From: Vicugna vicugna
Lineage: Eukaryota
Length of the DNA: 64,000 nucleotides
Reading direction: 5' to 3'
Assembly (NCBI GenBank): GCA_013265495.1
Contig: MU058059.1
Coordinates: 2,953,502-3,017,501, forward strand
The notes under the pieces are model-generated. The model saw only the letters and a program-made list of their open reading frames with translations, was not told where the DNA came from and did no database searches. The position numbers and the translations under genes were made by a program. Shown here in pieces: positions 27,046 through 39,506 of the stretch. Every line of letters begins with the position of its first letter. Within the stretch, counting starts at the first letter, position 1.

Positions 27046-30000
27046 GATAACTCATGTTGTAGAAAGGTCGAGATTGTCGGGGAGAAGGTGAAAGGGCACT
27101 CGGATGAATGGCGTCCACGTGCTGTGCTGTGCAGTCGAGACTGGTCAGACCTGACCATGTGCCCGTGGACACCGCAAGCGCGGAACACGGTGTCCATCAC
27201 CAGAGGCGGCCACCTGCAGGTGTACAAGTGATGTGTAAGCCGGATGGAGGTGCCTTTGGGACTGTCCCCGATGCACACGTTATTCGATAGTTCAGCCAGT
27301 TGAGGACAGCAGCCTGGCGGGTGGTCATCACCCCCCAGAGCGTGGCCAGGACCATCGAGTCTTCCCATGGCTGCAGGAGAGGAGAGACACAGACACGCAA
27401 GAAGAAGTGCCCTGGACGGCACGTGACGACCGCGGGGGGAGGAGAGGGGCTGACGAAGACTTCGAGGCATCTCTTCCTGAGGCAGAACTGGCGAAGGGGC
27501 AGCTGGGAGCCCCCCCAGGGATGGAGACAGGGGCCGTAGCATCGATGCAGCTGCAACCAATGAGGGAGACGGTGTCAGCAGGTGGGGGGCAGAACAAGTG
27601 GGGACCCTCTCTGTGTGGGGAACAGACACCTGAGACAGGAGAGAGTCAGGAGATAAATGTGGGAAAACCGAAGCACAGGAGGGCGGGGCGGGGTGCAGCC
27701 CCTCGCCCGCATCCTGCCCTTCGTTGAGGCTGCGAGGCTGCGCGGGGCTGCCTCGGGTCTCCGTTTCTGCGCGCCCGCCGTCCTTTCTCCATCTCATTCA
27801 TCATTATTTTTAGTCACTAGAGCCCCGCATGCACCGTGCAGCCTGAAACACCCTGCTGACGGCACAGAAGACAGCTCCCCCCAGACTGTCAGTTCACAAT
27901 CAAGCCCGTTCAGAGCGTCCTAAATTATAAGAAGGCGTGCGCCATCTGCCCAGCGCCGAGGAGACCTTGTGATGAGACCTTGTGTCCGTGTTCAGTGTGT
28001 GGAAGGGAACGGGGACCCGGACCCGGGAAGGAAGGAGGAGGGCACCACGTCCGAGGACAGGACCGCGGAGCGCAAGGGGGTCTGTGGGGCTCGGGTGCCA
28101 GGCCGGTGGGGACCCACTTGTCGTGAAGGCCAGGAAAGTGCACGGTGAACGCCTCCAGTGTTTTTCCAGCCGGGCGTGGCTTTACATCCAGACGAGATTT
28201 GGCATTTGCACATCCTGCTGGCGCCGTGAGCAGAGAAGAGGGCTTCCCAGCATCCCAGCCTCACACCCTGGGGGTCCCTCCGTTCCCATCTCTTGAGAGA
28301 TTTTATCTCTCTCCTTTCTTATTTCCCTTTTCTCTGCTTCATGCTTCTACTTTCCCTTCGGCTCTCCCCCCACCGTATTATTCACTTTGTCTTAATGTCA
28401 CAATACTACGGCCAGAGATGCTATGTCTCTCCTTGGACAGTTGGGATCTGGTGGGTTCTAGTGGTGAGGACAGCACGCCTTGTCATCTTTTTTGCCCTAG
28501 AGGTTTGACTCATCCTGAACTTCGTGTGTGAAGCCATTTTTGCCACGGCTCTGGCCGTGCTTAACTGCCCTGTGGAAAATGTGACCTGTTTATCTCCCTG
28601 AGATGAGAGAAATAATGCCCACTTCGTGTGAGAGAGACTTCTTTTTTGTTAAGTTAAATTTTCTTGTGTGAATTATTATCAGAGGACAGGAAGACATTTT
28701 CAGGACAGAGTTTACGTGACCTGGGATATGAATTTAGAGATCTAAATGATCCAGGTTCCATCCCATATGCAGAGATCACATGGATGAAAATTTATATTCC
28801 AAACACATTTCCCATGCAGAGAGAGAAGGACGTTTCTGTGAATGTTCGTCTTCTCCTAGAGGGAGAGGAAAGCTGAAGTGATTATTAACACCTCTTACTC
28901 TCTACTTTGCAAAAGAGAGAGAGAAAGGATGATTAGCGTTGGAAAATGTTAACCAGGAAAAGAATCAAAATTGTTTAACAGCTGACGTTTGCTTTTGCTT
29001 TTTATGACAATCACTTTTTAAGAATATTGCTTCATTTAGTCCTTACGAGAACCCTTTATACAAATTAGATATGAATATTATCTGCACTTCTGAACAAGAA
29101 TGTTGAGGCACCACCAGGAACTCAAGGAACCGGTCCAAGGTCAAGGCTGTGGCCGGGTTTGAAGCTAGACGCCCGTGTCCTTGTTCATCTTTCTCTTTCA
29201 CACGTAGAGCTGATGGGTCATCACGTGTTTGCTGCAAAACTGAACAGCTCGTGGAGATGCTGGGCCAGTTTTGGAAGAAAGTGTGTTATATCACACAAGA
29301 AAATTTTTAAACTTGAATTCAAAGTCTCTCTAAAGCAAAACTTACAAAGCTTTTAAAAACCAGTTGAAATTCCATTCAACTCTGAAAGATCTCAGGTTCT
29401 GTGAGTCCAGGCGATGAGAAGAGTGGAAATCAAACGCCTAAAAGAAGAGTCGGAGCCCACGAGTGGAGTATGGATCGCGTATGACGCAAACTCGAGCGCT
29501 GGCCCGGACCTGGGGCTGTGTGCTGAGCCGGGAGGTCAGCAGCATCGGGGGGAGGAAAACAGCCCTCCTGCTGGCCTTGTCCCATTCGCAGACCATTTGC
29601 CACTTAAACCTCCAGAGGACTCCTGCTTTGAACACCAGTTAATTTTCCGAAGCCTCCCCTTTCCCACACTGTGCTTTATTGCAGCGGCCTGGAGCCGCAC
29701 CGCGTATCCCTGGGTGGGCCTGCAGGTGTCAGCGTGGGAGGCGGGGACGTGGTGGCGGGAGGCCCCTGGCTGCCGACATTTCCTTCTGGAAACCTGGGAA
29801 GGGGGTGGAGGCGTGAGGAGGAGGGAGACGTGGTGCAGCCACACAGGGACGTGTAAGGCACTGGGGACCCAAGGGGGAGAGATGACAGCTGAGCAGGTGG
29901 CAACGGTGGGGCAGAGGCCACTCGACCTTGTGCCGTGGGTGCCCTGGTCCTGCTTTTCAGAGGTGGCTGCGGGGGTCGAGCCGGGCTGTCCCCCCAGTTC

Positions 30001-32304
30001 CCTGGGTGCATCAGGCATCTTTTCAAGCCTCTGTGTTCCCCTGGTCCTGAGGGACCACGGGTCCTGTGTCCATCCTGGTGCGGTGCTGGGCCCCTGTGCG
30101 GGTCCTCCCCTGGGCCCGTGTCACTCCCCGACCCCTGCCTGTGCTGAGCGGGACTGCTCCCACTGAACTGAGCACCTAAAGGTCAGGAGGACCTGGCGCC
30201 TCTGCTCTGGTCCGTGGACAGGTGGTGGCACGGGGCAGGTGGGCAGGCCTGTCGGGTGACAGCCTGTCCCCGTGGGAACGGCCGTGAGACCGCCATCAGG
30301 GAGGAGCAGGACGGAGCTTCCAGGCGGACACCGCCCTTCGCTCCGTCAGCCCAGGCACCGTCGGAACCCAGCCCGGCGGCACAGGCGGGTCCACACGCAG
30401 CCGGGGGCGGGCAGCCCTCGGCGTAAACGCCGCGGGAGTCCCGGGAAAGCGCGCTCTCGCCCTCCACACGGAGACGAGGGCGCCTTAATTTTCACAGCTT
30501 ACACAGAAGCACGTGACGCCCTCCGGGTTTCCTCAGCCAGCATTTCAAGGGAGAAGCTGGTTGTAGATGTGGTGTCAGTGAGCAGCCGGCCGGCCGGCCG
30601 GGCCGCAGGGCTTGTGACAGCCGAGCAGGCCCCGCACACGAGGCCCACGGGGCGCTGAGCTGACGGGCCCCCGTCGCTCTCAGCTCAGCCCCGGCCCCAG
30701 GTCCTCAGCGATGCCCGGGCTGTGGGAGCTTCCGGTGGAGAGGAGCAGCTCCCACGGGGAGCGCGCCGCCGGGCCGTGGGAAAGCTCCCGGGGCTCTGGG
30801 CCCTGCTCACCGTCTGAGTCAGAGCCCGGGGCCTGGTGCATTGAGCAGGGACTTACGGACGATGGCGGCTCTAACCGTGGCCACCCTGCCGTAGCTGGCA
30901 AAGGGCTGCGTGCAGACACCTGGTCTGGGAGCCGATGTGTTTTGAAACACTGTCTGGGATGTTCTGTCCCGTAATCTGCTAGCAGACATATGTGCCATTT
31001 GGGGCATCCAGCTTAAGCCTATGTGTTTGTAAAAGAAGCTAGCACTCCAGAAAGCAGGACTGGCTCCCTTGCTTTTAATCACTGGAACCCGGGCCCTTCT
31101 CATCTTCCACAGAAGGCTGCTCCTAGCTGCAGCCCTGCCCGGGACCTTCCAGGGCCGGCCCTCCCTCTGCTGCTCCAGCCCGTCCCCAGCCCAGGGCCGG
31201 TATCTGCTCCCAGGGCGACACTCTCCTGGAGGCGGGGGGCTGGCAGCTCGTTCCACACCCAGCAGCTCCTGGGCCTCTGGGGTTTTTCTCAGGCTGCGGG
31301 AGCAGGCAGCGTCCTGCCCCTCTCTCTGCAGCTCAGTGCCTGGTCTGGCCTTGCTGAATCATCTGCAGCTCCCAGAAGGTGCTGGAGGCTAACAGGATAC
31401 AAAGAGAGCTTTTGCTCCACAAGAATCATGAAACCTGGGTGCAGGCACCCCCACCCTCCCCTGAAATCACTTAGAGACTGTGTCTTGGTGTCACAAGTGG
31501 GAATCCAAGTAGCCACGCCTAAAGATGAGAATTGCTGCAGATACACCCAAGGGACAGGAGGGGCTCTGTGCAGAGTGCTGGGCAGGGACGCCTGGAGATT
31601 GCGGAGCCTCTGGGTGGGAGCTGAGCGCTGCCTTGAGGTAACAGGGCCCCTGGGCAGACACCAGACGGCACGTCCACGTCCGCCTGGCTGGGGAGCCTCT
31701 CGGAGAGGAAGCTGTCAGCCTGGGAGGGTGATGAGAGTCTCAGAGCTGTCTGCTGTCCCTGAATGTGCATTAGGCCCTTCCCTGTCCTCTGTGCAGAGAC
31801 CATTTGATAATCCCCAGCAGCGCGGAGCTAATCCTGCCCGGGGGCTGCTGCTCAGCTTCCCCTCCTATCCACGCCTGTCTGGCTTCAGGGCCCTGGTCCC
31901 TCATGCCGTCCTCTGCAGTGTTCGGTGTAGCGAGGGTGTTTGCATCGTGGGTCAGTTCTGTTGTTTTTGAAATATGACATCTTTTCTAATTTGAAAAAAT
32001 AATATAGGTTGAGTCTTTCAGAGAAATGAAAAATATCTGTAAAGAAAAACATGGAGTCACTCAAAATTCTGCCCACTGGATAAGACCTATTAGCATTTTA
32101 GTGTATTTGCTTCCAAACATTTCAGAGACAAAAATATTTAATCTTGATGAGATTATATTACATTTATGTCTTTCATCCTGCATTTCAAAGACTGGCATTT
32201 TATGAAAAATTTCCCATGGCATTAAAAAGTTTTTAGTAACCATTCTAGGTGGTGATGCAATATTACATTAACTGTTTTCAATGAAATTAGAAACATGTGT
32301 ATAA

Positions 32305-32620
32305 TGTTTTTCTTCCAAACATTATGACAGTCTTCAAACATGCAGTAAAGCTTAAAGAATTTTCTAGTGAACTGGTGTAGTCACCACCTGCATCCTGTGT
32401 TAACATAGTTACTTTTCACACATCTCTTCATCCATCCATTCGTTAACCCATCATAATTTTTGATGCATCTGAAAATAAACTGTAGACACGAATTCACTTT
32501 TCTGTAAATACACATCGTCATCCAGGGCTTAATTTTTGCTGACACTTGGAGTTAATTTACAGATACTGAAACGCACAGATCTTGAGTTTACATTCCCTGA
32601 GTTTTGACAAATGTGTGCAT
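32305..32620 (-). mobile_element. Ancient L1 (L1MC/ME-like) 3' fragment
   Basis: tcttcaaacatgcagtaaag...tttttgatgcatctgaaaataaactgtagacac...gagttttgacaaatgtgt. Confidence 0.55.
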
Positions 32621-34069
32621 AAATTGCAACAGTGCAGCCTGTTACCAACACAGCACTCAAGTCACATTAGAAGGTCCAGAGGGTGTGAGGGCTTCATTAT
32701 GATGCAACAGTACTGTGAGTGAGCAGAACCCTTCCACACTTCCAAGGTCTGCGCTTCGGTTAGAGTACTAAGAATTTTCTCACCTGAAAAAAAATGAGTG
32801 ATGAACTCTTGCTGAAAATGGGGCAACGTTTTAATATATCTCTCATCTGTTTTTTTGTTTGTGTTCTTTTGTTTTTCAGAGTACTTCTAACTCTTCTGTA
32901 TTATTTGGTTAGACTAGGAAGCACTTTGCCTCTCTTGAGGGATGGGCAGGTATATTTCTTTCCAGCAGACCAGTGGGAGCCAGAAACAGATTCTTCCAGA
33001 CGCAGGTTTTCACTTCGGCTCAGCCAGGCAGGCAGCAGACATCTCTGTGGGCTTCCGCCCTTTGCAAAAGCCCAGGGACCTCGCTGGTCACTGGCTGAGT
33101 CAGAGAGACGTCTGAAGTGCGGGCGCTCGTCCTGCGTTTTGTGTGGTGCCTGGTGGCGTGGCCGGGCGCCTGTGCGCATCAGGAGGCGGGAGCTCTCGCC
33201 AGGGGGACAGACCCGTGGTTTGGGCACAGCCATCATTCTGCTGCTGCCGTGGCCGTGAGTCTCTGCTTCTTCCTGCGTACTGATGATTTCCATTTTCACT
33301 CTGTCATGTCTAGTTTACCTTGTGACATCTGGCTGAGACTCCTGTGTGGTGGCGTGTGTGCCGGCAGTTTTCCAGCTGCTGGGCTTCAAGGTGCGTCTCT
33401 AAGGCATAAGGCGGACCAGCCGCCCCACCGCTAAGGAGCTGGTGTCACCCACCCCAGGTCTGTGCGTGCGGCAACCTGTTGTTCTTGTCTGCACGTCTTT
33501 CCCAGGAGGAGGCGGCGTCTGACAGGCTGGGTGTGCTGGCGGCCCCCGCCTGTCCCAGGTGGGCCTCGTGGCCCGGACAGCACAGCCTGTGGCCTGGCTC
33601 CTGCCCCCCGGCCTCCCCCTCGCCCCTGGCCGCCAGGACCCCCACCTGCCCTGGCCTTTGTGACCGGACTTTCTTTCCGCCACAGCGTCTCCGTGTCACT
33701 TTCCTCCTCTTTTCCTCACTGACAGTGTGCAGTTTTGTCCCCTGATCGTAGTTTTCCGTCTTTTCCGAGTAAGGCCTTCTGCTGTCTGCAGCCGCACACC
33801 CTTTCAGAAACCATCAGAGCGCCAACAAGAAGTATGTCACTGCCATGAGGTACCTCGGAGCACAGCAGATTGCATCCGTTCCTGTAATAATTCTTCGTGC
33901 TCTTTTGCTAAAGAGAAAGAGACTTTTTGGATGGAAAAAGAAAAAACAAAAAACTCAGCAATTTGGAGCTCAGAAACCTCCAGAAAACAGAAAGCCAGCT
34001 GGAATTGGGAGGCTGGGCTGTGACTGGGAGGGAGGGCTTCGAGTCAGGGTCGGGTCAGGAGGGCGCCCC

Positions 34070-34200
34070 ATCTCCAAGTCTGGGGGACCCTGAAACAGTA
34101 CCTAACTTCCGACTGTGTTTCCTTGTCCGTTAACCAGTGGTAAGAATGTATCATACATATTATCTATCTCAGGGCTCCCATGAGAACTGAGCGAGATTGG
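34070..34200 (+). mobile_element. MIR fragment
   Basis: gggaccctgaaacagtacctaacttc...tgtgtttccttgtccgtta...ctatctcagggct...atgagaactgagcgagat. Confidence 0.45.
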
Positions 34201-36369
34201 CTACGTCAAGAATGTCTGGCATTGCGCTTGGCACGAGGAGGTATCCGACAAATGGCGGTTGTTAGTATCACCATCACCCTCCCAGACGGGCCAAGGAGAG
34301 AGGTTTCCTTCCCACTGTAGCCCCGGAGGGTTTTCCACCAAATCTGAGGGGGTTCACACGTGTTGGACCCGCAGCGTAGCTGGGGTGCAGCTGACTTCAG
34401 CAGAGCGGAGCACAGGAGAGGAAGGAGGGACCTCCCGGCCAGGACCTGCTGCTTCTGGCCGGAGGGGAGGCCAGCTAGTAATTTCTGTCCATCACATCTC
34501 ATGACACCTAACTGAGGACTGTCACACGGGTCAGAGAACCCTGATGAGAAGACCTGGGCACCTTCATTTTCTTAATCTGGTTGTATAGCTGTGTGCTGCA
34601 TATCAGCCCCCCAAATCCAAACAGCTTTCTAAATAATAAGACTAAGAATTCTGGAAACCGTCGTCTCCACCTCTGCCCTTTACCATTTGACTCGTTCACA
34701 GCATCCTCATTTCCCTCTGCCTCTGTTTATGACCAATCTAAATTTTAAGCGGCAAATCTGTCTCTGAAACGTTTTAGTAATCGAGAGCTCTTTAGTTCTT
34801 CTGAAATTGCTTGGGAGAAACTGGCTGCTAACTTAAAATAGGAAACATTAAGAACTGACATAAAAGTCTAAGTAATTGCCCAACTTCATATTTTATTTAA
34901 TCGTATTCAATACTCAGCAAATGCATCAGCCTTAGATGGATTCAATTTGGATTCAAACTCAGTTTTTTTCCCCCCCTTTTCAATAGGAATGTAGAGTTGA
35001 TTGGCTGGCAGTTGGCCAGCCTAAAACAGAAGAGGGGGCTGAGTCATGGGCGAGCCCCCGTCGTGGGCTCTGTTTGATAGTCTGTATTCACCCCTTTCCT
35101 TACTCTTTCTTGAAGGAGTCCACTGGTCGGAGTCACCCAGAGGAGGGAGGTGGCCATGTGCTCACACAGAACATCCTGTGCCCAGGGTCCCCGGCCAGGA
35201 CCCCCAGAGCACTTGGCACCGCCCTGGGTGAGACTCAGGGGGCGGGACTGCACCCCCGGCTGGAGCTGGGGACCTGCAGTGCCCGGGGGTACCTGGCTGG
35301 TTCCCCCACCCTCAGGGCACGTCCTGGTCTTTTTAACCTAACGTGTGTGCGTCAGTTACACCTCAGAACCAGACTGATGAGAACACCCTATGGAAAGGGA
35401 CCTGGAGGCCGGCGGGTAGCTTCTGGTGAAGCGCAGCCATAATCCTACACAGCAGGTCAGTGATGGCCTCTGTTCTCCGCCCTCCTTCAGGGACAGATCT
35501 TAATTTCCTGGGGGGGGGGGGTTCTTTTTAATTGCAAAGGAAATGATATTCACTGTAGATAATCTGGAGACTTTGAAAAGCCACAGAAGAGAAAGTTAGA
35601 ATCGCTCATCACTCAGTCACCTGAAGAAGAGCACTGTTAACATTTTGAGGTTTATAGATACCTGTCTAGGCTGCTCTTCTCACGCACACGTATAATACAA
35701 ATGTGTATTTACGATCTATCAGGTGGAAGTTGAAATAACAAGATACATGCTGTTTATAATCTGCTGTTCCTTTTTAACGTGTTTACTTCCTTAATCTCTA
35801 AGTGTCGTGGACACTTGCAAACCCTGGGTGTCATGCTTCTCTGGGTCTGTAAATCCTAAAGTGAAAAATAAGATCTTATTGTTTTAATTACTAGGCATTG
35901 TGTTTATTGGCCTTTTTTTTTTTTTTTACTAAGATGGCTTTCATGTTGCTTACAAAATATGATTCTTTGTCTTGTGTTCGAAAACTTTTTCCCCCATTGT
36001 GTCACGTTGTATAATACTGTAATGGTTTCTTTTGATATATAAAAGTTGAAAGTCTGACCAGTCCACTCTCTTCATCTTTTCCTTGGATGTTCCAACCTTT
36101 GTTTCTCGTGTTCATAAAGGCCACGCCCCAAGAACAAATGGAAATTCAGCTCTTTCCGTCTAGTTTTTTTTTGGTGATTTATTTCTACATCCAGATTTTT
36201 AATTCATCTGGAATTTTTTTAAGACATGGTCTGGATCTGTTTCCCTCCTGATCCACAGACGAGGCTGTGCTCCAGTATCTCACAATGGGCTGTGGGCGGA
36301 TGGGTCCTGTGGGCCAGAGTTGGCCGACCCCTGTTGTGAATGAATTTTTGAATCTTTTTTTCCTCTTGG

Positions 36370-36894
36370 GTTTCATTGAGTGATTGATCGCAGCATAGTC
36401 ACTTTACACTGTTGTGTCGGTTTCTGCTGTGCAGCACAGTGCTGCAGTCACACGTGAACATACATACATTCCTTTTCATATTCTTTTTTACCATAAGTTA
36501 CAAGATGTTGAATATAGTTCCCTGTGCTGTACAGTAGAAACTTATTCTTTATCTATTCTCTATGTATCAGTTTAGTATCTGCAAATCTCGAACTCCCAGT
36601 TTATCCCCTCTCATCCCCTCCCCCCTGGTAACCATAAGTTTGTTCTCCATGTCTGAAAGTCTGTTTCTGTTTTCAAATAAGTTTTTTTTTAGATTGCACA
36701 TATAAGTGATATCATATCTCTTTCTGACTTACTTCACATAGAATGACAATCTCCAGGTCCACCCATGTTGCTACAGTGGCATTATTTTGTTGTTTTTATG
36801 GCTGAGTAGTATTCCACTGTGTCAAGATAACACAGCTTCCTTTATCCAGTCATCTGTTGATGGACGTTCAGGTTGCTTCCACGTCTTGGCTATT
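36370..36894 (-). mobile_element. 5'-truncated L1 3' end (same family as 17372 and 59117)
   Basis: gatgttgaatatagttccctgtgctgtacag...ccctggtaaccataagtttg...tccagtcatctgttgatggac...cttggcta. Confidence 0.88.
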
Positions 36895-37468
36895 CATTGT
36901 TTCTTAATCCTGAAATTCATCCAGTAAATGGCACGGCCTGACCTTCTGACGCTGAGACACTGAAATGGAGGAACTGAGTCGATTATCATGACATCTGACG
37001 TGACGGAGGTGACTTGGAGAGCCTCCCTCCTAGCTGTTGTGTTGTGGGAGCTGCAGCAAAGGCATGAAGCAGAGAGGGCACTGCCCCCACAGAGGGAGCT
37101 CCGGGGACCCCCATCCCATTGCCTTCCGGCAAATCTGCAGAGGAGAGGGGGCACCATCGGGGGACCTCTTCCCAGCACAGGCTCGCTGGGTTCCAAAGGA
37201 TGCCAGCTGATCCTCGCCTTCCAGACTGCTTTCTCCCACCTCGTGTCGGGATCACACTCACCCTGCTGGGTTTCGGGCCTGTTACCTTCCTCTCGGATGC
37301 GTCTCGTTCTTCCTCCAGTCACTCTTTCTGTCTCCACCCTTGACTGGAGGTCCGGGGTCAGTTTCGGCTCCTTCTGTCCCAGACATCCCTCGGCCATTTT
37401 ATTTATACGTGTTTGCATTTCCGACCCCCTGCTGGCACATGTGCAAGACTGGAGGTGGGGGCCAGCCC

Positions 37469-37730
37469 GCTTTCAGGCTGCACCCCAGAGCTCTCTGACC
37501 ATCTCCTGAAAGTTTCTGTCCAGCAGTGGCGGAGCGGAGCGCCTCAGCAATGGCAGGACCTTGATACTGGCCTAGACCCCTCCTGGGAGTCTTGGAGTTT
37601 GAGAAAGTCTTTGGTTACGAGCTAAGATGGGGATCCTACCTCTGCCACCGTACCTGAGGCTGTGAGTCCTCCTCCTTTAGAAGACGTGGTTCCTGCCCCG
37701 GAACAGGCTGAGCCGGGTCCCCCCTGGCTC
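37469..37730 (+). repeat. Dispersed local duplicate of 39290-39506 carrying an insert homologous to 38989-39037
   Basis: Shared blocks tttcaggctgca...ctgaccatctcctgaaa, gaccttgata.tggcctagacccctcctgggag..ttggagtttgag, ggttacgagctaagatgggg and cctttagaagac. Confidence 0.93.
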
Positions 37731-37776
37731 TTGCACGGGACCCTCCTTAACCGAATGTCCCCTGGGTCTCTTTCAG

Positions 37777-37836
37777 AGCTCCCTGAAGAGAAGAGGCAGC
37801 CGGGAAACGTACAAAGAAAAGAAAGCCTTTGCCCAG
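37777..37836 (+). CDS. MTCL1: MTCL1 internal coding exon, 60 nt, phase 0-0 (SSLKRRGSRETYKEKKAFAQ)
   Basis: Acceptor ctctttcag| and donor CAG|gtaagc; 20 codons with no stop; resembles the recalled MTCL1 segment SSLKRRSTREMYKEKKTFNQ that precedes DDSADL; joins the next exon in frame. Confidence 0.9.
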
Positions 37837-39289
37837 GTAAGCAGCGGTTTCATCCTCGTGTTACAGCTCCGCCAGGGGCCATGGCCTCATTTCGAATTTT
37901 CTCAAAAAGCACTAGTGTCACCTCTAACGTAGTAAAGAAACCCGACCTGCCCCCCAAACTGGGCTCACTCAAAGCCTCCAGGGCTGAAAAGTGTCTCCCC
38001 AGGCCTGCAGCTCCGCCTTCCGCTGCTGGCGTCAGGCCGCTGGTGAGTCCTCCAGGCAAGAGCGCAGCGCACCCGGTGCAGCTCAGGGCTCTGCGGCGCC
38101 CACGGCTGGCGGCAGCCCCTCAGCCCTTCACCCAGAGAAGGAGTGCAACGGAACGGTGTAGCTGCCGTCTGCTCGGGTCTCCACAAAACGCTGTTTGGAG
38201 TGTTGGGTTTTTTCCCAAAAAAACGCACATGCTAAACAGAATCTCAGATTGTCCTCATAGACGGCGAGACGCCGTCTCTGGAAGGTGGTGACAGCGTCGT
38301 CCCGTCTGTGCGCGTGGCATGTGCTCTTCGGAACTCCCTGAGCTTTCTGGAACACTTGTTTTCCTGGCTTTTCTTTGTTTTCTTTTGTTCCTTCCTTTTT
38401 CTCTTTCTTTCTCTCTCCCCCCACCCTTCTTCCTTTTTTTAAATTGCTGCTAGTATTTGGTGTTGATAGAAGAAGGCGTTCTGGGGGTGTCAGCTCCTGG
38501 AGCTCCCAGAGCAAGCAGTCATCAGAGAGATGCAGTCAGTCCAGGAAACTGCACCCCCCCCCCGCCACGTGAATCCACACCCGATTCCCTCCAATTTCTC
38601 CATCCTCCAAAGCCCCCGGTCCCCAGAGTAGCCTTCAAGGAGGGAGGGCCAGGCTGCACGAGCCAGAGGAATGCCAGTGGTTAGCTGTTCTCTGCCATCC
38701 ACATCTCTGCTCCCCATGTCTCACTTTGGAATCCACTAGTGATGGGGACATTTAGGTCTCTCGTCCCTGCTGCTGGGTGCATCAGCCCTCCGGAGCTCCA
38801 AGTGTGTTTCAGCTTCCTGGCTCCTGAACAGGGAAGATCTTTTCTTTAGAAGGGTAATAATCTCTGCCCCGTCTCGGAGCGAGCAGCCTGTGGTGCACGC
38901 ACCGGGTGAACCAGGCTGAGGACCGCGGCTGGGACACCCGGGCTCGGGAAGGGGTTAAGTGCCCAGCCTGCGGTGCCGCTGAGCGCGGAGTTTCTGTCCA
39001 GCAGAGTGGCGGAGCGGAGCGCCCCGGGAACTGCAGGTCTGCAACCAAAAGTCAAAGGAAGCTGGCCCCCCGGCGCAAGGTAGGAACACGAGCCGTCGGC
39101 GCTCGGGTGCTGGCCAGATGGCAGACTTGCAAGCCAAAGAATATATACCTGCGGCGATATATTTCTGTTGCTTGGCAAGGCCTTTCCAGCTGGTGGTGGT
39201 GGCGGTGGCCCTGCGTGTGTCCCCACCTCGGTGCTGAGCTTGCCTTCTCTGCCTGCACCAGAAGGGTCATGGGGAAAGGTTCTGGATCT

Positions 39290-39506
39290 GCTTTCAGGCT
39301 GCATACCGGAGCTCCCTGACCATCTCCTGAAACCAGACCTTGATATTGGCCTAGACCCCTCCTGGGAGCCTTGGAGTTTGAGGAATTCTCCGGTTACGAG
39401 CTAAGATGGGGGTCCTGCCCCTGCTGCTTAGCCGAGGCTGTGATTCCCCATCCTTTAGAAGACATGGCTCCCGCCCCAGAACAGGCCGAGCCAGTTCCCC
39501 TGCCTC
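39290..39506 (+). repeat. Second copy of the local duplication (partner of 37469-37730)
   Basis: Aligns directly with 37469-37730 apart from the ~47-nt insert. Confidence 0.93.

Noticed and set aside
31023..31970. 315-aa ORF, and similar long ORFs at 2433-3275, 26895-27797 and 29414-30166
   Set aside because: P/G/R/S-rich translations with no recognisable domain or codon periodicity; expected by chance in stop-poor GC-rich introns, and one runs into an L1 relic.
34960..35050. Strong pyrimidine tract and AG (ttttcaatag) with a nearby TGAGTCA AP-1-like motif
   Set aside because: No convincing donor or recognisable peptide; single short motifs are not evidence without conservation data.
38995..39015. 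CTCF-like motif ccagcagagtggcgg
   Set aside because: Spacing is one base off the CCASYAGRKGGCR core; cannot be supported.
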